IMG/VR virus record: IMGVR_UViG_3300020036_009452 | Coordinates: 1 to 64,000 of that record | DNA length: 64,000 nt | DNA from: a virus | Taxonomy: Duplodnaviria > Caudoviricetes | Direction: 5' to 3' (one strand) | In this document: positions 50,801-58,976 of the stretch, in pieces | Numbering within the stretch: the stretch's first letter is position 1 | Layout of the letters: every line of letters starts with the position of its first letter | Program-made: the position numbers and the translations under genes | Notes under the pieces: model-generated | Told to the model about the DNA's origin: nothing | The model's database searches: none | What the model saw: only the letters and a program-made list of their open reading frames with translations

Positions 50801-53800
50801 CAGTAAATCATTTACGAAATTAAAGCGCGAGGTGCCAACACGTGCTCTCTTTATCAGCGAGCCTCTATATACCATCAAACGATTGATGAGTTGCTCTTTA
50901 ATAAGTGGATTAAAAGCTAATCCTTTTTTACGTGTGAATTTGATGGGGCCTAATAGGCTAATACCTTTGGAATCCACCATTTCAAATGAGCCATCCTCAT
51001 AAGCTTTATAATCCCGAAGGATTAAGTTCTTACCATTAGGCGTAGTCACTATTAAGTTTTGACTACCTATCTCATCCATTAACAGTTGGGCCTCACCCCG
51101 ATAAGCCCGGCGCTCTCCTTTAGCTACATTTCCATGCACTAAGAAGTCTAATTCAGAAGCCAGTTCTAATAACTTAGTTGGAATCTTTTTCCCATCTACA
51201 TTTGGAAACAGGGCTTGTAAATGCTTTGCGTCAGTTAAAGTCAGCATCGCTGCTTCTCCAGCTACTAAAGCTTTATGAGTATTGGATAAGTGTGTTATAA
51301 ATTCATGAAACGGGTAGTACTTTTCGCCCGCAACCTCTACGGCTAAACCAGCCCTTAAATCCTTGTATCCACCAGGAAGTTTGGAAGCGGCTAGAGCTTT
51401 TTCAAAACTGGCAAGCGTCTTGATAAACTTATCTATGGGCTCCATATTTGTGGTCTTAGTATTTAAGACATTTGGAGTAAGATTTATGAACTGTGTTTTT
51501 ACTACTCGTCCAGTGGTTGTTCTTAATCCATGGATCAACATATATGGAGGACCAATCTTAGGCACCTCTCTTGTTGAACGCGCATCTGGGAACCAACGTT
51601 CCAAGTCTTTCTGCCCTTTAAATACGCCTACAGAAACATACTTTTCTGGATTTGCAAGGATGTCTTCATAGTTCTCTAACTTCTCATCAGCATTCGGTCC
51701 CCATAGATCATTTAAATACTTTCTTAGTATTGGCAGAACAGCTTGTGCTCCATCCTTAGAAGAAAAGGTCTCGGTAGTTTCGTTACCATACCTATATAGG
51801 ATTGGGCGACTACCAGGTTGTACCCAAACTTTAGGCCCCCTAACAGATCCTTTAAAAACATTATCCGTAGCGGTGGGTTTCACCTGCATGGTCTGCAAGC
51901 TACTTGAAGGTATTCGTACCTGCGCAAGAAAAGTAGCTTCTTCTTTGTCACCTATAACAGCAACACGCTCAAAGTAGTTTGGTTCGACCTCGCGCATCAA
52001 GACAACACGCCGAGCTGGCGATCCGTCTTTCTTTGGACTTTCGTCTACAGCCACGATGAGTTCATCTCCAGCTTTCATAGGCGCCATACCATCCACTTCT
52101 GGAATATGCGTAAATGCGCTATTAGTTGGGTGCATCATTAGGTGCGCTGATGGTGCGACTGGTTCATCTACCTCTATTGGAGGCAAGACGTCTTCCCAAC
52201 CAACCTCTACAACACCCTCTTCATTGTTCTCTAGTTTGGGTGTTATAATTGGTGGTTCAGCTTGATCGGTAAGTTTTTCTAGGGTAGCAATCTTGTTGTC
52301 TAAACTAGCTAGTACTTCGGTCTGTGTAACCTTGCTTTTTGGCTGAGGGACTATCTGTGGATCAACGATATGCTCTACCTGCTGTACGCCACTAATCTGG
52401 GCATAAAGTTTAGCTCTTGATAGTGCTGTGTACACCCATTGATTATAAACTTCAATGTTACTAAAGTTAGCGTGATCTGATGGAGAAATATCAACATATA
52501 CTTCATCGCGTACAATACCAGCCGCATCGGGAACTACAAGTACAAGGGCTCCTGGGAGTGCACTTTCATAAGTAGCTTTCTTCTGCTCGGAACCTACAAG
52601 GATAACTCGGGTTCTTCCGGGATTACTGCTTTGTGATAGACGAAACTTCTCAATGATAGTATTATTCTTTTCCGCAAAGGTGCCTAGAATATTTTCTAAT
52701 GATCCTTGTGGAGAAGAGGAGGACGCTGTGAAGTGTTCAGTGATTACTTCTTTACTCTTATAAAGATTCTGTAGATCTATGAGTTCTGAAATATCAGCCC
52801 TATAGGTAGATGATAGAGAAGTAATCTGCGTAAGCTTCTCTACAAACGCAAGGGAGGTTGGATTTTTTACTGCCCTTGTTCCTGATTCGTACTCAGCCTT
52901 TACATTAGCATCTCCACTATAATAATCCGTTTCTGTTTGTTGCATTGCTGCAAAGAACTCCAGATCTAGAGCTGGACGACCAACATTACCAGGAGTAACT
53001 TGGTTTGGATCATATAGTAATACGTACTTCGTTTTTACCTTAGCGGTCTTATTATAATTGGCTACAGCTCTTGAGAAATTACTAATCGCCTCAATAGATA
53101 AGCCACCAGCTTCGTCAACTATCAGCAGCTGCGCTTCGCCTATATCCCCAGCATTTAACATTGCAGTTAAAGCTTCAACTGTATTAGCACGTGTCTCGTC
53201 ACCAAGACTTTCTGCAATGTTCTGCGCGGCTAATGTATAAGGAGCCGCCGAATGTATATCTGTATTTTTTAAATCCAGAACTGCCTTTAGTATTTTAGAT
53301 ACAACCAAAGACTTACCAGCTCCTGCAGGTGAACGCAGGGCAGCTCCATCTGTATATAGATTGCTATCTGTTTTATTGTTAGAAACGAAAGCAGCTAATT
53401 CATATGCAACTCTAATTTGAGCCGAAGTCGGTGTAGGAAGTGTTGGATTAGCTTTAATGAAATTACGCAGCCTGGTTAGGAAAGTAACAGAACTAAATCC
53501 ATTACCAGTAGAGGCTTGGATTAACTTCAAGGTAGCTAACTGGGCTTGTAATTCTAGTAATGATTTTAATTGTTCCGAAGAAGTCCCCGCGCTATAATTA
53601 GCAAGATTAGCAATAAAAGTAACAACGTCATAGTTCTTATTAAATTCTACAAGGGGGCTAATGTTTTGCCCGGCCTCAGCGTTTAGCCGTTCCTTCGCTT
53701 CTAATATACGAAAGACTTCTAGGAAACCCCTAGATGGGGAAGCTAATATTTTCTCTAGAGATTCATCCGTTAGTCTAGGGCCAAGTCCTTGAGAGAAAAG

Positions 53801-56800
53801 AAGGTCAATGCCCTTAATAGCATTACGCGCTTTTTCTGTATAAGTTTCTATAAGCTGTTTTAATAGGACTGGTTCCTGGCGTAGGAGATCTTGAATACCC
53901 ATTGCGGCAAGCTCAGGATCTGTTGTAGACAGTTCTGCAAGCGCTTGTTTGCTATCTTCACCAAGCACATCCTGAAAAGGTAGTATGTTCTGGGCATAAA
54001 ACATATTCTCCTTAGTATTCTTCAAATCTTGGTTACGCAAGTTTGCTTCGACAAGTTGTTTTACCTGACGCAACTGCTGGATAAGATTAGCAGTTTCGCG
54101 TTTTATCTGCGTCCCCATATCACCTAGATCTGTTAGATCAATTTTATCCAACTTCTCTAAATAACTTAGCTGTTTATTCACAGCCTCTATTGCTGTGTAG
54201 TCCTCTGCAATGGTAGTGCCATTAAAAGCACTTACCTCTAAAATCCTTTTAGCTGCAAAGGTTAATTCTTTAGCTGCAAGTTTTCTGCTATCTTCTTCAC
54301 TATCTAGCGGTTCAAAGCCAGCTGCCTTTTCGATTTGCGCAAGGGTTTTCTTGGTGTCGGCAATAAGCGGCTCAGCAGCAGCCTGTTCACTTCTTAGCTG
54401 GTCAAAAGCATCAAGAAGATCAAGGAGTCCATCGCCAATTTCGTCTGGGTCCATCTCGCTTAAAACTTCGTATGGAATCCCTTCTGGTAGTTGTGCTTCT
54501 AAAGCCGCTTCTTTTTCTTTCAAAGAAGACTCTATATTTATTACGTGTTCCTTTAGAGTCTGAACTTCATCAGGATATAGGAATAAATCTTTTGCTTCTA
54601 CTTCTTTAACTATGTCAGATACAGAACTTATAATATCTTTTAAATCACCAGGACGATTTTTATTCAACCTTACAACAGCATTAATTGCATCAGCATAGAA
54701 ATGACTATTTGCAGTCTTTAGCTTTTGTTCCAGGTTCAGAGCTGTGGCCCTTTTATTAATATGCTTTGACACAGTACGAACATCGGCTCCCTCATCAAGA
54801 ACAAGTGTCTTAGCTGCATCTCTTTTAGTTTTCAGGCTATCAAAATTGTTTGCCCGGATAGCAGCTTGAAAAGCTTTGAATCCTTTACCTGGAGTAATAA
54901 GCTTTGTATAGAGTTCGCCTAGATCTTCTAGCGCAGCATCAATGTCCCTTTTTTGAGAAGTTAATTTTGCTACTTCCTTTTCCACTAAATGATCCTTGGT
55001 CATGTACCTAGATAGAATATCCAGATCATCGGTTTTAAATGCGTCTTGTATCTCTCTAACACGATCGGCACTTACTAGTGAAGCACTTAGATTTAGTTGT
55101 TTTTGTAAGTCCTCAGAAAGACGCTGTAGGCCCAGGATACGCCCACCCACAGAAGAAGCATATGTTTTAAGCCGCTTCAACTCCTCAGGATCATTTGTAA
55201 CTCCTAGGATTGAATTTGTTGTCTGTAGATAGTTGGCCTCTAGTTGTGTTATATGTTGCTTCCATATATCAAGCTGAGAGGTGAGTTCCTTAGGATCTGT
55301 AAAGCCAAGTTCTTGGGCCTGTTCAGGAGTAGCTTGTTTGAGGGTGTCTAGTTTTTGAAGCAACAATTCAGTAGTTCCAGATCGGAAAGCAGTCTGCGCT
55401 AAATTGTTTAACTTCTCTAGTTGTAATAACTGTAGACGATATTTATTAGCGTTCTCTTTACTAGCCTCTAGATCAAACAGATTATCTAATTCACCATGAT
55501 ACTTAACGTCAGCTGCAAAGGCTGCGGCTTTTACTTCGTCTTTCAATGGTAGACCGTCTTCCCCAAGTTCTAATTTCTCTGGCACTGTGTAAGCACCAGT
55601 CTCATCTGGTTGGAACTGATTGACTAGATTGTTGTATTGTACCTCATCTATGGACTGTACCTTACCATCCTGTTCGTGATTGTACTGAGCTGTACCATCT
55701 TCGGCAACATCTTTTGTGAGTTTACCTGAAACAGCTGGTGTCTTTTTCAAGAGATCATTTGAGAAGAAATCTGTGTAGGACTTGTTCATAGACTCAAGGG
55801 CCAGATCCCGCTGTTCACGGAAACTCTTAGCCTGAGCAAAAGGACCACTCTTTACAAGATCGGCACCTAGAGTCTGCACACCACCTATTAAACTACCTAA
55901 CCCTGCGGCCTTAACGCGCTCAGGATCAGAAAAGTCTAAAGCCACAGCGTCCTTAGCATAGGCTAATGCTGCGTCTGTAAAGGAAGCGTGCTCATTGAAT
56001 GCCTCATTTGTTTTCTGTATGGAGTATTGCAAGTTCTCTTCCAAGCCTTCTCCAAACATTTGAGACACGGTAGTCTTAGCAAATTGTCCAAAGGAATTAC
56101 CTTCGTCAAAGAGCAAACGCTCAACAGCGCTTAGCCCCTCTTTCTTACCTACAACTTTTCCAGTTCCTTTTTGAAGTTCAAGTCCTAATTCATTTATTCG
56201 GGTAGAGGCTACCTTAGGACCTACTATCGGACGTACTAGTTTAGTAAAGAAGTTATTTGTAACACCAGCTGTAGCGACGTTCAGCCAAAAGACATTAGAT
56301 AAGGATTGGCTAGCTTTATCTTCAATTTGAGCATCTGTTAATTCTACTTCGCCACGGCTCCGTGCGGCCTCTAGTTGACTCCGCACTTGGTCCCTAGAAT
56401 CTATAGCTTCAAGAGCTGACTCATTTACTGTTAGGAATGTGTTCAGTGTTAGTTCATCTAGATTACCCGCAATCTTTGCCAGGTTTTGAGAGTTAGCATT
56501 TAATAACACATCCTTGAAGGTGCGCCCCTTAGCTAGTTGATTTATAACCCTAGTACCTACTTGGGCTTTTCCTAATAGACCAGCTAGTCCGAATCCTTGG
56601 GTTAGAAAAGATAAGGTCTCCACATTAGCTGTAGCTAATTGGCCGGGGCTAGTTAATTGTGTTAGGAAGTCTTGTGAACTAAAGTCGGCTTCTTGGAAGT
56701 GCGGAAAATACTCATCCCCCCAGGCACTGACTGATTCGGCAAGATTCAATAAAGGATTGTTTTTAAATCCATCAGAAAACTTACCTCCGCTTACGGCCGA

Positions 56801-57094
56801 AGCTATTCCTTCACCTGTTGCCCACAAGCTGCCAATTACGGATGGAATCCCCGAAAGTGTTTTTACTCCAAGGTCTCCTAGGAAATTACCAAAAGCATTC
56901 AAGCGCCCCTGGTTCCCAAAGCGGACATTAGCCTGATTGGAATAATCTAGGAGGCCGGCATCATAGTAATTCCCCCCGATCAATCTTCCAAGAGAAGTAT
57001 CAGCACTGCCCACAGGGCTACCGCCGCCATCATAACGAGGGCGTGTGTAACTAGGAGTATTTACTGGGGATGATAATGAACTAATATCTGGCAT
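44831..57094 (-). CDS. Giant virion protein: SF1-helicase-like, zincin and virion RNA polymerase catalytic domains (4087 aa)
   Basis: SPAGAGKS, LIVDEAG, YDPNQ, YTALSRAK; RHELFH; GFRIPT...GSDYDLDSL DxDxD catalytic loop. Confidence 0.88.
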   Translation of the reverse strand: MPDISSLSSPVNTPSYTRPRYDGGGSPVGSADTSLGRLIGGNYYDAGLLDYSNQANVRFGNQGRLNAFGNFLGDLGVKTLSGIPSVIGSLWATGEGIASAVSGGKFSDGFKNNPLLNLAESVSAWGDEYFPHFQEADFSSQDFLTQLTSPGQLATANVETLSFLTQGFGLAGLLGKAQVGTRVINQLAKGRTFKDVLLNANSQNLAKIAGNLDELTLNTFLTVNESALEAIDSRDQVRSQLEAARSRGEVELTDAQIEDKASQSLSNVFWLNVATAGVTNNFFTKLVRPIVGPKVASTRINELGLELQKGTGKVVGKKEGLSAVERLLFDEGNSFGQFAKTTVSQMFGEGLEENLQYSIQKTNEAFNEHASFTDAALAYAKDAVALDFSDPERVKAAGLGSLIGGVQTLGADLVKSGPFAQAKSFREQRDLALESMNKSYTDFFSNDLLKKTPAVSGKLTKDVAEDGTAQYNHEQDGKVQSIDEVQYNNLVNQFQPDETGAYTVPEKLELGEDGLPLKDEVKAAAFAADVKYHGELDNLFDLEASKENANKYRLQLLQLEKLNNLAQTAFRSGTTELLLQKLDTLKQATPEQAQELGFTDPKELTSQLDIWKQHITQLEANYLQTTNSILGVTNDPEELKRLKTYASSVGGRILGLQRLSEDLQKQLNLSASLVSADRVREIQDAFKTDDLDILSRYMTKDHLVEKEVAKLTSQKRDIDAALEDLGELYTKLITPGKGFKAFQAAIRANNFDSLKTKRDAAKTLVLDEGADVRTVSKHINKRATALNLEQKLKTANSHFYADAINAVVRLNKNRPGDLKDIISSVSDIVKEVEAKDLFLYPDEVQTLKEHVINIESSLKEKEAALEAQLPEGIPYEVLSEMDPDEIGDGLLDLLDAFDQLRSEQAAAEPLIADTKKTLAQIEKAAGFEPLDSEEDSRKLAAKELTFAAKRILEVSAFNGTTIAEDYTAIEAVNKQLSYLEKLDKIDLTDLGDMGTQIKRETANLIQQLRQVKQLVEANLRNQDLKNTKENMFYAQNILPFQDVLGEDSKQALAELSTTDPELAAMGIQDLLRQEPVLLKQLIETYTEKARNAIKGIDLLFSQGLGPRLTDESLEKILASPSRGFLEVFRILEAKERLNAEAGQNISPLVEFNKNYDVVTFIANLANYSAGTSSEQLKSLLELQAQLATLKLIQASTGNGFSSVTFLTRLRNFIKANPTLPTPTSAQIRVAYELAAFVSNNKTDSNLYTDGAALRSPAGAGKSLVVSKILKAVLDLKNTDIHSAAPYTLAAQNIAESLGDETRANTVEALTAMLNAGDIGEAQLLIVDEAGGLSIEAISNFSRAVANYNKTAKVKTKYVLLYDPNQVTPGNVGRPALDLEFFAAMQQTETDYYSGDANVKAEYESGTRAVKNPTSLAFVEKLTQITSLSSTYRADISELIDLQNLYKSKEVITEHFTASSSSPQGSLENILGTFAEKNNTIIEKFRLSQSSNPGRTRVILVGSEQKKATYESALPGALVLVVPDAAGIVRDEVYVDISPSDHANFSNIEVYNQWVYTALSRAKLYAQISGVQQVEHIVDPQIVPQPKSKVTQTEVLASLDNKIATLEKLTDQAEPPIITPKLENNEEGVVEVGWEDVLPPIEVDEPVAPSAHLMMHPTNSAFTHIPEVDGMAPMKAGDELIVAVDESPKKDGSPARRVVLMREVEPNYFERVAVIGDKEEATFLAQVRIPSSSLQTMQVKPTATDNVFKGSVRGPKVWVQPGSRPILYRYGNETTETFSSKDGAQAVLPILRKYLNDLWGPNADEKLENYEDILANPEKYVSVGVFKGQKDLERWFPDARSTREVPKIGPPYMLIHGLRTTTGRVVKTQFINLTPNVLNTKTTNMEPIDKFIKTLASFEKALAASKLPGGYKDLRAGLAVEVAGEKYYPFHEFITHLSNTHKALVAGEAAMLTLTDAKHLQALFPNVDGKKIPTKLLELASELDFLVHGNVAKGERRAYRGEAQLLMDEIGSQNLIVTTPNGKNLILRDYKAYEDGSFEMVDSKGISLLGPIKFTRKKGLAFNPLIKEQLINRLMVYRGSLIKRARVGTSRFNFVNDLLETPGDKHLSPITLEDLEDLFVRGKDKQGNYSNISEGFGLRTPLPRSFDVSRETALSSLPLELLGSNFIGAAPTALIVGSPPNITTETVEEVEPRKVSSLSKLKRAIEQGKTLEELEELEELDETISDAISEFTRVMAADTFEEAVEKYKANLAASKLYVTRNVSLFRALKKVVGQRTSSLERIREDVATSLDVKDIGRSAGNVASRDFIRATIISRILNASSEADIFTIADFARTDYYSGKALGKEDFDERLYELVSDFVVDESYTRQTLRDIVKYYNTLATEAGLKQQITYTELEDLYEIFDQLIPITTELRALARQQEAPKTTITVADAERLAIPSEFSGYLETLVSLADAPAEDFENALLSNEAFQQRVIAENESDPLQGAMTLLKQIHLERSKRFLGEELGRELEDTDITDYVQNFTGQTPLGFFKQLLKGRPNELTQIVKYGQLVNAQGQRVWGLYKDGVMAFARLASGKVSSRVVRHELFHKIFWEYLTPAEQIQVLNLAKETYGNLSNEGLEERLAESFEGFVQTKKPTIFDIIWNKLKRLLGFTYNNIKSIEQFFNLVENKAFYYQKQDPTSVERAAINIRSKFDNFTEYKALKTFVLTAFSDIQESRRSGRILSFSEILEAVVDRMKDFRDNTSRFKGSEDSVTLEDRALVATIDKVLKDGALWKNIVEYYFGQTQTRGAVLKVLSENKFREIQQKEERLDDLRLANDPENDEEIEALDSELEGLRSETFDSMLIDPSLKLTGVVKQRLIGIKYWKNGELDFADLNRSYSLLLERFSSIPRSSLAEAIQALKANFKEFQGFKARPNIKQATGKFVLDLLNQIEIGLNTPKRVQSVTFHKDATFKGLYAIYSKDGSSTEQVTLRNVEQFPDRYAVEHQQGSTHDFVFGLATKAKVSYQALSDGYYLFEDLDFLKSVIASVSSLRKNRPIAFTERWDLGIYKVYNYLIQTGGGKRTHEANVRFAFNKHVANLNADGITELVPTKFLNDLYATKADTIEKQRAVLVEFLKIIGLKKRITDASPLSIERAYERLTLVLPKLQMTFASDQGEYQTLEEYNLSKGGEALLADEGSFVDDLTELINSHYTLGDTHSYTRGDGKKAFGWIDASYQTDLLGAMVNALVRKPFKKFSSFSVANDKLTTKDPFLQDNIFFKGGNKIHSFNDHDSWKQKGNERFAKYLRKENLTDFRKRHIVGNFISRLAVSRSKYYQSLPIPSNRTTITNVEVDLLKGEQVTAALKNIIRAQKNRPDPKLVDDNPTYAKNHKQWRFPGLEGSVDSLTEAAALKMIQEHVQTKVQELLPAFLSSAERKARVKIPDNSLAKTARVLGLRAFPVWSKNMTVDQIGAYHTQRNEIIEGVLKSFYYNFIINQYSLSQIVYGDETFYKSKEDQTKRIQIATATGDTVLVDPTHGIPGESNVLVVDDLQRIIPDDLEDAIAASIDASYDASDAEGYMLPEFYERLAAAYGVDSLTDVVLKPVYYSIENGVPRALKYSVKVLTDELVEKFPHLASYRQAMRDAKADQMVFASGVKIGGPSKAAKLLESGEIDTTTISDAALVSINNNNLRFQLNPASDIETSVSNPSQGTAMQNTNGQNSNEIFDLHQASALIIDNGVRQVARDMRLTPKGGLTQNSETMIRNKLQDNLEGLPGGRDVYELLKARNGQDRVSFNLPLIADRVVSSLSSMITSATTGFRFKGSKLVLQADLGKQEVTNPDGTTEFRNLKWRDEEGYCEVLLPEEYKDYMTVGDKVGISKGLVGFRIPTTNYHSLLPMKVVGFYPSPEGAAGNVIIAPSLIVYYHGSDYDLDSLFVIRKETNRDPQTLDLNPMLKEINPAHKQDDALVVNPGDVYGYSNGEPVLVNGSKLRDYLTQHIVLLTQQIATVSSQIPEASYAERSLLNKQLSAMNDTLRKLTTITEVVAKNDIVHNFASNLLERKNRADLLTPISFDDILRVKSDVEAELATLLTPENLNFYQRLAASGLIQIKC

Positions 57095-57098
57095 ATTA

Positions 57099-58976
57099 TT
57101 ATTGTGTTAAAAATTCTGCTTCGTAATTTGGTTTGGTCTTGCTTGGGAATAATTTCTTAACGGTCTCGTCATCAAACAACAACCTCTCTAAATCGTAAGG
57201 TTCAGCAATGCGTCCATTGATTGTTAATGGATCATCAAAGTTTACTTCCTTACCGTTATTGCGAGCTCCATAGAATATCCTAATAGGCTCCCCATTTTCA
57301 TAATGTGTAACCCCGACAAGTCCCACTTTTTTCCCTGTATTCTTATCGTTGATTTCAAAGTAATCACCCTGTTGTCTTCCATCTTTCATGTATCCAAAAG
57401 CTTTAGATACAATATCCTGATTAGCCCTAGCCATATTGGTTTGGGGACTAGCAACAAAATAAACTTTACCCTCTTTGTCAGGGTCTGGAAAAACAGTAGC
57501 GCCTGATGGGGCCTGCCCAGTAAAACCAAGTGATTTACCAATAGCGGGTACTCGAGTCTTCAATGGATTTTTTGGGTCTTTTAATTTCTTGGCCAAGTCA
57601 ATTTTATCGTCTAACTTTTCGATTTCAGTAACCTGCCCACCTCCATCCATCTCATACACACGGTATGATCCATTCATTAATCCAGGCAATAATCTATTGG
57701 ATTCCTCTTGCTGAGAACCAGTGGTTTTAAATGGATAATAATGAACTTTAGAATAGTTAGTGTCTACTCTTTTAGCATTATACATGTCGATTATCTGACC
57801 GTCTGTAGCTTTTGGATTACTTGCCTTGATAGAACGCAACATCTCTTTATTTACATTCACATCCTTGGTGCTCATAAGATATGCATATGTAGCTGGGAAA
57901 GATGATGAACGCGCATCTAAAATCGACGTGCCTGTTGTAGCTGTTAATGTTTTAGGAAGCTCTGGGTATGTGGGGGTTAGGGATCTGCCAACAGTAAGCT
58001 CAGCAGGAATCAAATCTCCTGCATCACTATCCAATTGATTCTTATAATCAATACGTTGTAAGGCATTGCGCTGCTCGATAGCCTTAAGAGCTTTATTGTG
58101 CGCAAACCTAAGATTCTCCTTAGCCTTCCAGTCCTCTTTGTAATCAAATATTTGACTGTTCTCAAGCATCCCACTGCGTGCAGGAATTACCTGTGAAGCA
58201 TACTGCTGGATAACATCTTGTGTTAATTTCTCTGGGTCTTGACCGCTGAGCTGCCCTAAGCTACTGATGTAGTTCTGATACTGAATATCGTTATTAAGTT
58301 TTCCAGCTCACCCGGCTGCAGCTTCATTTGGGTCAATCATTGTTTGTTTGACCTTCTTGAACTCATGGTAACCGTCTAGTGTTTTACCACCAGTAGGTAC
58401 AGAGATCTCTACAGTCTTTGGCTTTACCTTTCCCATGTACTCCTCAAATTCCTTATGGACATCATATGTCTTAGGAAGATTGAGTGGAGCAACCGAGGAA
58501 TAGCTGCGTGAGTTAGGATCAAACGTTGTGGGAGGGAGATTCTGATAATGCTTCTCAAGGAGATTCAATTGCAAAGAATCAATCTCTCCTTTACCTAAGC
58601 GTTCTCTTTCTCTTTTCAAGGAGTCTTCAACTATTGCACGATTACGTTCTAATGCACCAGCTTCTCCATTTGGAGAGAACAGATTATTTACGTCACTTCG
58701 TAACTTATACAATTCTTTTGTTGCTTGCGAGTAGTCACCACTATACTTATTAACAACGTCATCAACTTGCTTTCTCAAACCTTGTTCAAGTTCATTAGCT
58801 CTAGCTCGGTCTTGCGGCAAAGCATTGATGTACTTAGTTTTAATTTCTTCACTGGCTGCAAAGTTAACATTATATTGTTTCTGCGCAGCTTCTAGTGCCC
58901 TCCCAATAAACTCTACTGGGGGGACATATAAACTTCCTTTATAAGGAGTTCCTCTATAATATCTATTGATTGCCAT
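57099..58976 (-). CDS. Internal virion (cargo) protein, 625 aa (1 TGA=Trp)
   Basis: TGA 58308-10 followed by 46 open codons in frame with ORF 57099-58169. Confidence 0.7.
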
